From Octopus vulgaris (taxonomy: Eukaryota), in contig OX597818.1 in NCBI GenBank assembly GCA_951406725.2, positions 94,798,001 through 94,862,000 on the forward strand: a stretch of 64,000 nt of DNA, written 5' to 3'. This document shows, piece after piece, positions 1 through 13,640 of this stretch (within the stretch, counting starts at the first letter, position 1; every line of letters starts with the position of its first letter). The position numbers were made by a program, and so were the translations under genes. The notes below the pieces were generated by a model. The model was given only the letters and a program-made list of their open reading frames with translations, had not been told where the DNA came from and did no database searches.

Positions 1-400
1 TATTTAAATGTATTGTATAAACCATTTCATCAGGGATTAAGAATGAAATATATATTTTAATTTTAGATATTTCGTTTTTCTCTCCTGATGGAATATCTTG
101 TTTATCAATTTTGAATTAAGGATGTATTTGTTATATCTTGAGTAATATATGATCGATGATATTTTATATGTTTGTCATTGAAACAGCTGTAGAGTGAAAT
201 TATAAAAGAATCTATGTAATTTTTGCTTCTTCCTCTTTTGAACTTGTTGCTCCGGACATTCATTTTAGCCAATTTTTATATATATATGTGAATACATTCC
301 ACTTATGGGTATTGCATTGTAATAATATACTGGGTTAACAATAGATTAATAAGTGGGCTCTTAAATTCAGTAAATATATTTTATAGCACTTTGGCACTAT
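1..400 (+). mobile_element. Probable Penelope-like 3'/pLTR remnant
   Basis: Contains GATGA...GAAACAGCTGTA (about 155-192), the palindromic stem-III signature of minimal Penelope hammerheads. Confidence 0.35.
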
Positions 401-525
401 TTTGATATATTAGTTATATATTATCACATATATATTTGCATATGTATATATATATATAATAATGTATTTACCTATAAATGGCCATTTACATATGTATATA
501 ATTGTGTATGTATATGTACCTATCT

Positions 526-572
<47 letters not shown>

Positions 573-1394
573 CATATTTAATGTTCTTGTTTCTCCATGC
601 TGGCATTAGTTGGATGGTTCAACAGGATCTGATGGGTCAGAGGACTATGTTGAACTCCAGCATCTGCTTTGACATAATTTCTATGGCTGAATGTACTTTC
701 TAATGCCAACTATTCTACAATATGCACTGGATGTGTTTTTCATGGCACCATCACAAGTTAGGTCACCAAGTAAGTTGCAAGACATGAACTCTCAGCAATG
801 TTGGGGTGCAGTATTAATTGTTGAGAGACTGAAGTTAAATTGAAGGACAGGATCAGGTGTCTTACTGTACAGGAGTTGCGTAGCTACACATCACAAGAAA
901 GGGAGAAAGGATGGGGGAGATGAAATGCCAGGGTGTCCCCTCAATGTGCAAGAAGGTGGATAAAGAGAATAGGGAGAGAGAATCAAGAACCAAGGATAGC
1001 TGCATTGGTAGGTTTATGAGAGTGACAGATAGTAGAGATTAGAATGGAAGAGAATTTGGTGAATGGCAAGCATCGGTGAAAGCATGGTCAGTGGTGAATC
1101 TCAGTATAGGTGAGGGTAAAAGAAACAGGAGCGGGTCAGAGAGAAACATGAATTAGGGGCAATACATAAAAGGGAGAGAGCTACAGTACAATAAAAGAGT
1201 TGATGTGAAATAGGAAGATCATGTGAGGCATAGTGAGATGTATGTACATATATGTGCATGTTTATAAATTTCTCTATGTATGTATTATAAGGAGTGATGT
1301 AGCCAAGTCATTAGAACACCAGATAGATAGCCTTGTTGTAATCCTCATGCTAAGTTCAATACCTGGTGTAATCAATTTTACCTTTCGTGGAGTT

Positions 1395-1399
<5 letters not shown>

Positions 1400-1458
<59 letters not shown>
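1400..1458. repeat. (CT)n microsatellite
   Basis: Direct inspection. A similar tract lies at 10553-10640. Confidence 0.95.
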
Positions 1459-1460
<2 letters not shown>

Positions 1461-2166
1461 ATTGGCTGTGTCAGTCAGTCCTGGAAAGGAGAATGTAATT
1501 ATATGACTACATAAAATGTTGAGAGCCTAGGTTAAGATTTATACTTCTGTCCATGTAAGTGTCCCTGCATGCACATATCTCTACATATATGTATATGCAG
1601 TTTCATAAACATTTGTTTGTGTGTACAAGCAAGAAAGTTTATATACAAAGATTTTGCATATTCAAAGTTATGCAAAATTCAGCTTTCCACCTTTATCTGA
1701 CAGCAGGTTGTAGAAAATGTGAACAGTAGATTTGGCTAAGCAGGTGCTGTATTCCAGCATATGCACCAAATCTTGCCAATAATAAGTATCTGTACTGAAT
1801 AAATTGTGCAATGGTTTTGCTAATTTCTCCATATTTCAATGGAAAAAGGACAATGTGCCAGCCAATAAGCAAACAGGGAATGCATTGACAGGGCCACTGT
1901 GAGATGTTAAATGAAAGAGCCAAAACAACCAGTACTGGACATGCTAGGAAGATTTCAGATGTGTGAGGACCGGTTAGAAGATTGTGGAAGAACTGCAGCA
2001 GATTGACCATACTGGGAGAAGCCTGATGTATTATGAATTTCAATGTAGGAGGATCTAAATTTAAGTCGAATGTCTTCGTAATATGTATATAGTTATATGT
2101 GAGTGCAACGTACATATATATGTTAATATATGTATGTATTTGTGTGTGTGTGTACATTATTATTAA

Positions 2167-2590
2167 GGTACAGCTGTGACTGTGGTTAAGAGTTCCCTTC
2201 CCAATCATGTGGTTTTGAATTCAATCCCATTGCATGGTACTTTGGGCATGGATCTTCTGCTATAGCCCCAAGCCAATCAAGGCTTTGTGAGTAGATGTGG
2301 CAGACAGAAACTGAAAGAAGTGAACCACATGTGTGTTTGTATGTGTGAGTGTGTGTGTGCATATCTTTATCTGTGTTTATTTACATTTGCACTTCTTCAA
2401 AAGCTGTAAGCAGTGATGTCATTTCTCCGTGTGTGCTGCCTTTGCACCTTCAAATAAGAGATTGTTTCCTTGAAAATCCTCTAAGGGCTAGCAACAGGAA
2501 GAGCATCCAGCTATAAAACATTAACTCCATATTATGTTCATCTCACACATACAAGCATGGAAAAACAGATGTAAAAATAAACAAAGAAAA
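2167..2590 (+). mobile_element. Second tRNA-derived SINE family copy
   Basis: tgtggttaagag...gaattcaatcccattgcatggtactttgggca...cttctgctatagcc head with an internal (TG)n. Related copies lie at about 23750-24140 and 48090-48480. Confidence 0.65.
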
Positions 2591-2599
2591 AAATATATA

Positions 2600-3675
2600 T
2601 GAATGCATATCCTCAATTCCTCTATCCTTATCTGCAACATTGATTCAGATTTTGAATCTCAATGTGTCAATGTGACATTTCTTCTTTCATCAAGAATACC
2701 TTCAATTGGTTGTGGACTCTACACTCTACCATGCTCAGGTCATCAACTACTCTATCCCACCCCTACTCTCAATGTGCACCTACAGACCAGATTCCGTTTC
2801 CCCCCCTTTCTACTTGTCCACTCTTCTATTGTATAACACATGTATCCATAACTTCTAAATACTACTCTCTGACTCTCACAACTGCTCTGATCTTCCTTAC
2901 ACCACTTCTTTAAGACAGATTCAAACCTTGGCAAGACCTCAGCTAATTATAAGTCCCATGGCACTTGTCCATACACAGTCAAGCACTTTTAAATGCATTC
3001 ACCTGTTATTTCTACAGTCATCACTGCTCTTAAGTCACAGTACCACCTCACACAAAGCTTCTGCTGCACATCTGTCAGTGTGATATACTGCATCATCTAC
3101 AATCTTTAGGGTACTTTTTACACAAGCAAATCAAACCATTGCTTTGCTATTCGCTTTTGCACACACATTCAGTTTCCTACTATATATCTCAGATCAACTC
3201 ATAACCACACACTTCAGTACAGCAGACCAATCTATGATCCACTTATCAGTCTATGACATCTCTACACACAACGGAGCCACACAGTCAAAGAAATATGAAA
3301 GGAACAATTCTTATTCAAACTTAGAACCCTGGCACTGGTGGGTTTGTATGAATCCCTTATCCATATATAAACCTGCCCACTGAACTGCCTTTCTACCATA
3401 ATCTTACCACCAATCCTACTCCTAATTTTACATACTCATCAACTTTAGAAATAAGTCTCCTTTCTTTCCCCTTTCACCCTCTTCCTTTCTTCCCTTGTCT
3501 ATTTCTATTCCCTTCTCTGGCTACCTACACCTTGTACTCTTCCCCCCCCCCCCCCACCATCTATTTTGCACTTAAATCTCCCCATCTGACATCTCTTTAT
3601 CCTATCCTATCCTTATACACAGAGTTCACAATCATGAAGCATCTCTGATGACACCTTTAATGAAACAACTGTGGC
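2600..3675 (+). mobile_element. Penelope-like retroelement remnant (GIY-YIG endonuclease plus pLTR end)
   Basis: 3056-3172 reads SFCCTSVSVIYCIIYNL*GTFYTSKSNHCFAIRFCTHI, resembling FTCTS.NVIYCI.C..C...YIG...RL..RF.EH. It is followed by THFSTADQS, a pyrimidine tract, and a decayed hammerhead-like core CTGATGA...GAAACAACTGT at 3645-3672. Confidence 0.7.
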
Positions 3676-3708
3676 CATGTTGTGAGAGTATGAACAAATT
3701 GATATTAT

Positions 3709-3743
<35 letters not shown>

Positions 3744-4295
3744 GTGTGGTGTCCTTGTGCCTGGATTTATGGTTGAATAGGTAACTGTATAGTAATGTAA
3801 CCAATTTTCTATTGAACACTCTGTACTTTGTTATGCCATGTTTGTTTAGTGTAGTGTGTGTGAAAATAAACACAATGTTTATCGACCTTTAAGCTGAGTT
3901 TCTTTCACAAGCATGTTCAGATTGTGATTTAAAATCATTCTAGCTGTTAATCAGTAGTCTTATCTTTACTATTGTCTCTCTCACTCATTAGTTCATACCT
4001 CTTATTAGTTATCCTCATACTTTACAGCATCTTAAAACATTAATTTTGATACATTTGACCTTTTGTATTAGATTCACAGTCCTCAAGTGGCCAACCTCAT
4101 CATTATGAAACCTCTCATGCCATTTTCCCTATCAAAATGCAAAATATGTGAAGCTTTGAGACTTCATATAGCACCCTTAGCCATTGTATACTTCAGCACT
4201 ACTCTTAGTTACCAGTTTGCAACCTTGTGGGAACATATATCTCTATTCTAGTCTATTTTCTCTTAAATCTTGTTTATTTATGTCATTGTTGATAG

Positions 4296-5221
4296 ACTCT
4301 AGTGAAAGTAGTTTGGAAGATTTGAATGAACAAAGAACATTGGACAAATATGGAGAAGATCAAGCACCAGATCGGCCTCAACCTTCCGCTCCTCCATTAA
4401 ATTACTCGGATACAGCTTCAACACCATCTCCCAGTTTGGTTTCCAGGCCACATCGTAGAGCTCCAATGAGAGCAAAACCAATTGATCTACCTGAGGAATC
4501 ACCTACGTTCCATACCACCCCTCCATATCAGCCAGAGCAAACTTCAAAGAAAACAGGCATGAACAAACTTCACCGTCCCTTTGAAGTACCTGTTTTTAAT
4601 GACAGAGGCATTGGTTTGCCCAAATTGCAACCAGTAACTATGGTAGCTAGACCAAATGCCCAGTTTTCTCCACATCGCTTCAAAACAAGTTCTGATGTCC
4701 AAATCACTAATTATGCTTCCAACTTACCTTTCTTAAGATCAACACCAAGTCATAGTAAGCTAGGATTTAAAGATCTACATGAACTTCAACCTCAGTATTC
4801 CTATGATCAAATGAAATATTTCCCAGGTGGCCAAAATCAAAGACAACACTACATGCCATCTCCTCAATCTTCACCTGTGAACCCTCAGACTCGTTTTGAA
4901 CAGTTTTATGATAGATCCTCTGAGTATGCTGTTCCTCATTCAGTACCTATGTCACAGCCAGCAAGTATATATGGTAGTATTTCAATGCCATCTTTGTGTG
5001 ATATTGACCCTATGGTGCCAGTGTCATATGTCAGGGATCCCAGATATGCACATACTCAGTCCCACTTTTTAAACAGAAAACACAATACTCATTTAGCACC
5101 TGGTTGCAATCAAATGTCAGCGTCTGACTACAGTCTCCACAACATCTCAGATAATGTTGGTTTTGAAAACCTGTTCTCAACACCTATGTATGGAGCACCT
5201 CAAGCACATCGGAGATTTTAA
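4296..5221 (+). CDS. Large terminal coding exon (about 308 aa, Pro/Ser/Gln-rich, predicted disordered); probably an alternative 3' exon of CaMKII
   Basis: This is the only long non-repetitive ORF in the window. The acceptor ttgtttatttatgtcattgttgatag|AC is in phase 1. It reads (D)SSESSLEDLNEQRTLDK...GAPQAHRRF* with TAA at 5219-5221. AATAAA occurs downstream at 6255 and 6380. Confidence 0.75.
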
Positions 5222-6000
5222 CTCTGATACACTGATTTCTTATCGCTTGCTATCATCATCCTCACAACTAGCTTCTTTCTTCTGACTGATGTTCAAATGG
5301 TACAGTTAATCCTCAATGAATAGAAATAGACAGCAGACCTGCTTTTGGTTCCCAATTGGAACAGTTAGTGTTCTAATGATGCTAGAAGAGGCATCAAAGT
5401 CTCAACGTTGAATTTTTTCTTATCTTTACTAAGCAAAGCTTCAGTGAAAGATTACAGAACCAGTAGCATATCAGACAAAATATCTGTGTAGTGTTCAGTT
5501 TTGCCTTTTGATTTAATCAACTCTATGCAATGAGGGTTGATTAAATCAAACACACTATCCTCCAGTATTTCTGCTTTTGTGGCAAAATTAGAAATTATTA
5601 TTAGGATTATCTACTATAGAATCAAAGAAGCTACCAAGGAGCTGAGAAAGATACCAGAATCTAAAAGAACTAATGACCATCTGTGTTAACAGACCTCTGT
5701 TCAGTAAAGTTCACAAAATACCTGAAATCTTAGAATTCTCTTCTATCTATATCATCATAACATATTTTTAAACTTTATCCATGAGCTGATTCAGTATCAT
5801 TGTTTCAGTTCTCAAAGAGGGAAAAACTATTTTTAGAAAAATAGAAACAGTGTAGTTAAAATATGTTCCATCTCTAAAGGTGGGGTTAATAGTCCAAAAA
5901 ATTATGATCATATTAACTATAACTCAACTATGTCACTTAAACTTTGGATGGTATGCAGTCTTATTTCAGTCCCTGATAAACATCATCATCATTATTGTTC

Positions 6001-6004
<4 letters not shown>

Positions 6005-6073
<69 letters not shown>
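6005..6073. repeat. (TAT)n microsatellite
   Basis: Direct inspection. Confidence 0.95.
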
Positions 6074-6075
<2 letters not shown>

Positions 6076-9000
6076 TTTGGATGTTCATCAGGGCATCTAT
6101 TTTGATGTCTAAAAAGTGGCATGTTAAGAACTCTGTCTTACATACAACTTCATACAGTGCTCTGATATATCTCCATAGTAACAAGATCAATACTTATGTA
6201 GAATTAGAATTCATTCAACAACTATTTATCCATTTTCAAAGACAACCATTTAAAAATAAAAATCACACTCCCACATGCACACACTAAAATAATGACTATA
6301 ACAAGCTTGTATCCATACTTGAGTTAATTTATGTTGCTGTTGTCATTCTTCTAGTTAACAATGAATGCATTACCTGAGGAATAAAATCAACAAACTGATT
6401 TATAGTCTTGTGTAACTATGGATGCAGAGTTGTCATAAAAATTCAGGATGAGCCCCCATTGTTGCACTCTTTTATCCATCCTTTTATATTCTTTTACCTA
6501 ACAAGAACCTAGTTATTAACCTTGTGTAACCATTTATAAGTTCTTTATAATTGAAGTTCTTTTCTATTAATCATAGTTGCAGTGTTTTTCTTTTTTTTTT
6601 ATATTGGGTTTGTTTGCTTTTAAACAGAATATGGCACAAGCTTAATTACCCAAGATTTATGGGAGACTGTTTAGAAGTTTGAATTTAACCACTACATCCT
6701 ATACTACACTTACATATGCATGTGGAAATATATTAATATATGGCATGTTTGGCTAAATACATGACAAAGTCTATTGACCAGTTTAATGTTCAGCTCATCT
6801 GATTGTCTGATGTCTCTCACCAGGTCAAAATTGTAAACAGCTCAACATTAAAGTGGTTCATTGACTTTCCAGTTATGCATTCTAAAACATATGCAAAAAA
6901 GAATTTCATTCCTAATAAATCGTATTTTTGTGTTTGTGCGTGTATTTACATACATATATATATATATGCTTGCATATCAATCTATCTAATCTATCCACAC
7001 ACACACCCATATACATACACGCATACGCACACAAATATAGAAATAGAAATTTTTGCAAACGTTTACACTTGCAGAGAGAGAACAATTAACGACAGAGTTA
7101 AGTGAGATTGAACTCATATCTCATGGTTTATCTACAGAGTATTCTTCACTATTCATTCTCTTCTTATTGCTCCTAAATTTATACTTATGTATTTACATTT
7201 CAAAATCATTCATCAACAACTTTCAGTTTGGTTTCCTTAATATGAGCCATGGGAAAAGGAAATATTTTGCATTTAGTGTGGAGATAGCTTCTCGTCCACA
7301 AAGATGTACTGAAACAAATTGGTGAGGCATTTATGAATTGACTTAGATGACATATGAGTGTGTGTGTGTGGTCAGTCCCACCAACCACTACTGTTTATCA
7401 TTATACCTCTCTTTCTCCATCACTCTGTCCCTCTCTTTTATTATGATACCTGTGTAACAAAGGAAAGCCTCGGAAATGTGTTTAATACTTACTACTCCTT
7501 TGTGGATTATCATAATTTTCTCACCCTCATTTTGCAGTTCATTGACATCTCCCACTCACTCAGTCACTCTCTCTTACCATTGCTGATCTTTGCTGCTACC
7601 CATAAGTTGCTCTCTCACTTATGACCACCCATCTTTATTGCTATCCTTCAATCCTTCATTCTCCTTTATTCTACGTCATCCCCTGTCACTCTTTGTTGAC
7701 ATGCATCAATCTCCCTCTGTTTATCACATTGTCTCTTCTTAACATGGAGCTACCTGTCATGGTTTTCCATTACTCAATCACTTTGTTCTTACCACTCTGT
7801 CTCCTTTCATCACTCATTCTTATCCTCTTTTTTCTATTTACACTCTTGGTCATGTTTGCTCTGAGCAAACAGAGATAACTTGTCTTGCAAGAGACAAAGG
7901 AACCTCTTTAGTGCTGATTCCATGATAAAATATATCCAGTACACTCTGTAAAGTGCTTGGCAAATGAACAGAGATAATGTAGAGTGGAGAGGGCTCTTTG
8001 AACTTTCTGGAAAGCTGACAACCACCTAGTGCTGGTACCAAGTGAAAATGAATGCAGTGCATTCTGGAAAGTGATTGGTGTTGGAAAGGGCATCCAGCCA
8101 CAGAAACTGAATAAGCAAGGTGTGGTCCTGTAACCCATCTAGAAGCATACCTCCAAATTAGAACTGATATGGATCATGACAACCCATCAGATCTATGTCA
8201 GTTTGAAAATGTTGATGATATATACACACATCTATGGTGGACATTGTTGGTAGAGGTGGGAAACTCATGGTAAACCATGGGAAACTATGATTGTCACAGC
8301 TCCATTTTCCGTCCCTGTAATGCCATGACTGGGCTTGCAAATGGATTTATCATAGTGGGTATAGCCAAGAGATTTTGTATAAAATCCTGCTTGGCTTCCC
8401 CTTAAATTGTTCTCTTTCTCGCATACTTGTGTATTCATTGTATATTATTCTTACTTAGCATTTTGATACACACAAAGACATACATACTTGCACATGTGCA
8501 CACACATGTGTGTATAATATATATATATATGTAAGAGAATGACTGTGAAAAAATATTCAAGGGTGTTTGCTGCATGAAAATTTGTGAGTAAAGTGGACAC
8601 TAGCATCCTTGATATAGTAAGCCAAGAAATTTTAATTAATCAAAATTACAATCTCAGCCATGAGAATGATCGTTTTCCAAATGGCTAATTTCGGTCATAA
8701 AATGCCAGAGGAGAACAAGCAATGAATCTTAATTAATTAAAATTTTAATTAGATATGAAAAGGAATGGGAAGTGAACCTGATATAATATATATATATATA
8801 ACACAAAAGAAATTACTATATATGTAAAATATGTATGTATATATACACTCACATGCACAGGTGTTAAATCCTCTTTAAATAATATATAAACTGGAAGATT
8901 ACAATTTTTAACTCACAAACTATACAAGGTGTGTATAATTACTATTTGCTTCCTGAAACAAACCCATTTGTACAAAAAGGTAAATTAATCTGTAAACATA

Positions 9001-10549
9001 GTTTTTATATGGATTTATATTCTTCTTTTCATTTTCTACAATTGTTTGTACTCCTTTGGCAGAATCAGTAGAGCATCGGACAAAATGGCTCTACATTTGG
9101 AGTTCAAATTCCACTAAGGTCAACCTTGCCTTTCATCCCTCTAGAGGTTGATAAAATAAAGTACCAGTCTGTACTGGGGTCAGTTTTATTGACTAGCCCT
9201 TTCAAATTTCTAGCCTTGTGTCTATGTTAGAAACAATTTATATTATTATCATCATTATTATTATTATTACTGTTGTATTATTTTTTGTAATGATTTCTTT
9301 ATTTTTTAATTGCACAAATAAATTTTTAATCTCTTTGATATCACAATTATACATTCTCTTGTTTTAGATTTTTGTTAAAATGATTCTGGATGGGAGAAGC
9401 AAAACTCATTTAAGTGTTGGGGGGGGGGGGTGACACAACTAGCAAAAGGAAACAGAAAGGAAAAGATACTTCAACTCTTCTTTTCAGGTAGTGAGATAAA
9501 TTATAGTCATTAACTGACTCATAATTATGAAACATCCACTGAATTTACAGTTCAGACACACATGCACTGCTTCTATCATATTTACCTATAATATAGGAAT
9601 ATATATATTCCTGCTTATATATATATATTACCTGGAGGATTTGTGTGTATGAGCAATGGATTCTAGAAAAATAATGATTTCTTCTATTATTCCAAAATTT
9701 TGAGGATAGTTCAAAGATGACATACAAAAGTAAAACAACAAATAAAAAACAGTGAGCAACTTGCATCAAGTAAAAGACTGGAATTGACAATAATAGTAAA
9801 GACACAATAATAAAGAGACTACAAAAATAAAAAGTAAGAGTAAATTAAAATAACAATATAATAAGAGAAGGATCCCAAGGATACATGGGGCAACCTCATA
9901 GGACACCCGAAACATAACCCTGGATTACCAAAGGCAAGTCCCTTCTCCCAGTTCTTGCTGCATTGTTAGAGTACACCAAATTTAGGCATTTACATGCACC
10001 TTTCATAAGACATATTGGAAGGAAACACCTCCCATTCTACTTTCACTTTCCTTCTGAAGCAGAACTTTAATGACTTGATGAGACTTTGAACTAAGGAAAA
10101 AGCTCTGCCTATAAATGTTTAAATTGTACCCCACCACACACACACACACACACAACATCCTTTATCATAGTTATCAGGTAATGCAAGACTACTATTCATT
10201 CTTCCTTACCAAAGAAGGGCAGTGGATCAGTCTTCACAGCATGCTCACTGATAGCCAGATCTGCCCTGCAATTTAAATCCACAAAGCAGTAATGCATGAA
10301 CTCTGAATGTGTGCTGGACGGTTTATTTATCTACTCATTTATAATTTTTTTATTATAATTAATATCATAATTATTATATGTTAAAGTAGCACTAGAAGCC
10401 ATTATTATCATTATTATTTTATCTATTCTATGCTAGAGTTACCTTTTATTAGCAGGAAGTGTAGTTACAACCACCGCAGTTATTGATTAAAACATCTAGA
10501 AGATTTGTAATGCAAATGTACATATTAGTGTGCATGTGTACTTTTGCTA

Positions 10550-10641
<92 letters not shown>

Positions 10642-10894
10642 ATATATTATATTTACACATATATTTCTAAATTTCACTTCAATATGACATAAAATCTGTT
10701 TTCTATTTTGAATATCTATTTCCTCTGTAATTGAAATTGTTGTCTGCCATTGTTAACGAGATTTTCTTAATTATTATTTTCTGTTTTGTCATTAAAAAAA
10801 GGGGTGAAAGGTTAGTAACCTACATTTTTCCTTCTGCATGCCTGAGCTTGCTCTAAATAATACATACTGAAGCCAAAATATGGCATTAACTTTT

Positions 10895-10942
<48 letters not shown>

Positions 10943-10966
10943 TTGTATATACATACTTGTATGTAT

Positions 10967-10998
<32 letters not shown>

Positions 10999-13587
10999 TT
11001 AAATATATATATATATATTAACACCAGACACGGAAAGGAAGAAATGGGTCTGTTTCTCTTTCACTTGCTTGTTTAATGAAGTAAGAAGGGCATAGAAAGT
11101 GGGAGACAGTTTGTAACCAACAGGTAGAATATTTGAAACTTCTATCACGGATGGTTTTAGAGGTCATCCTACAAGCTGCTAAATGATTTATTCAGAGAAT
11201 TAATGTCAGTAATGTGACCTCAGCAAGTTCAAAAATTAAATCTTCAGCAACTCTGACAGTACTTTATTTAATAATAGTCATAATTTTTATTCAATAATAA
11301 TGGTAATAGTTTCTCCCTTATCATACTAATGACTCCCCACAGTTCTTAATTTATTTGTAGAAACGCTACTAGTTCCTTGACAGTCAACGTTTACAAACAG
11401 ATACTAAGTACTACTGAATAGAACAATCAAGACAGAAGTTTGTCACTTAGATTCCAGATTAGGTTCACAGTTTTGTGAAGAGAGGAATAACAAGTGGAAG
11501 GTGACTAACTCCAGTTAGGTACAACACTTGAGTTCGTTTATCATTTATCATTGTCAGTGCTAAATTATAGAATATTAGTGAACAGTTTACAGCAACAGAT
11601 CTGACAAGTGGAACTGGCTCTAGTAGAATAAGGATCCTCTGCTTACTGGCTCCAGTGGTAACCGCTATTTGTTGGCTAGCTCCAACACAGTATTCAAAGA
11701 ATTGTTACTGTCTGGCTTCAGTAAGATAAGGGAAGTAATATGGTCTTATTTGTATGCAAATTTCTTCCAACCAACATCTGGAGAATAAATAACCTGGCTG
11801 ATAAAGCTGCATGATATTTGAACTAAGATATAACTTTCTACTTATAAACCGATAGAATAGACCTGGTTTAATACATCTAAATTATTAAAGAACAAAAAAA
11901 AAAAACTTCCTAAAATCTGCATTCATGAGATTTTTATCAATATGGATGCTGATTATGTGACTTTATTAAAGCAGTCATCCTAAAACCACTTCAATATTTG
12001 CTTTATTTTTATTTATATTTATTCATTTGTTTAATTTTATTAATTATCTACCAGGTATATTCTATTACTGCATGACAATCTGTTGATCTAAATATGAATC
12101 TAAGGGATCAAAGAGAGAAACACATAACACATATGATGAAGAAGAGAGCGAGCTCAAGTTGAGACAGGATTTGTTTTACTGCTATCAGTTGTAGCTGTAG
12201 CTGTTGTTGTCATCGTTGTTGCTGTTGTTGTTGGTCAGCTCTGCTTCAGTAGACCTCTAGTGAACTGGAAGATAATAATGAATCATTTGACCAACAATCT
12301 AGTTATGGTTATCTCATCTTCAGTATAGAACTTAATGTTAAAATAAGACAATATCTGTTTTTAGAAAAGTAAAAGCTTTACAAATTTTCCAAAGTTTTTG
12401 TGTAAAACAAAAGTGTTGAGGAACTGAAAGTGAAGAAATTGAAAAAATTAAAGAAATCTGTTCCAACCCCTTCTCTCATTTTTTAACCCTTTCATAACTC
12501 AGCTTAAAGGCTGCCTTCGCTACTATAGACTCACACCTTCAAAGGGGATCTTAGTTTTACAGGCTACATAGAAACTACATTTGTACTGGTGCTGTAGAAA
12601 AGCACCCAGAACACTGTAAAGAGGTTTTGAATTAGGAAGGGCATCCAGCCATAGAAATCATGCCAAAGCAAGACATTGAAGCACAATGCAGTCCTCCGAC
12701 CCGTTGGATCTTGTCAAACAATCCAACCCTTTGCATTGGAAGATGGATATTAAAAGTTGATGATCATCATCATAAATAAAAATTAATTGAAAAAGAGACT
12801 AAAACACACATTACAGTAATGTTAGAGGTTATATAGTGTAACTGCTGCATTTTACAGGCTATGTTATTATGTAGCAGTTCCATTTGTGGGTTATTCAACC
12901 TCTCTCTTAATGATGGTAAGAATTTTATTGAGAGAGATTTGGCCTTTACACTGAGCTTGTCAATTAACCAAGTCACTGGACATGCTTATGGCAGCCACTC
13001 TTTTGTTTTTTAAGTTTGTTGGGAGTTATTGTTTAACTCCATATTAAACCTGACCCAGCAGATTCATGCAGCAAGGCATTTCAATCACGACCACTTCAGG
13101 TTTTATTCATTTAGTATTTCTGATGTATGTTATTCAGTGTGTCCTTCCTTTTTTAAGGTGTAGGACATAGTATAAGGGAGATTTGGCTCTTATTTCTAGC
13201 AGGTTGAATAACTACATTGAGGATCCCTTATTGACTTGGTCTTATAAAGAGTTTGTTGAGGAAAATTCCCATATTACATGTGACTAAATAACTTCATGAA
13301 GGTTTTCTCATACGGTTTGCATAGTTGTTTCACTGACCTTTAACAACTGTTAGAGTATCCTAGATTTAATTAGTACATTCTTAAGTAAGTATTATATATT
13401 TAGCACAGCAATTGCAGAAATAAATACTTTTGAAATTGATTCCATGATTTTTTTTTTTTTTATCTAATATTCAGCTTAGCTATCACATTTATGAAGAGAA
13501 ATTTAAATATCATTATCTCTAAGAAATATTTTCAAATAGCTAATTTCTCTACAGAAATATATCCTTTCTTTGAAGAATTTTTTAACA

Positions 13588-13640
<53 letters not shown>

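Noticed and set aside
1693-2208. 171-aa minus-strand ORF
   Set aside because: It spans a SINE head, a microsatellite and what looks like the antisense of a decayed LINE fragment; no recognisable protein.
4184-4295. N-terminal 37 codons of the 345-aa ORF as a single-exon gene
   Set aside because: It starts at TTG and the region is a T-rich tract ending in an AG acceptor; better explained as intron.
9470-9515. cttcttttcag|gtagtg as an exon start or recursive site
   Set aside because: The donor half is poor and the frame stops after 8 codons; expected by chance.
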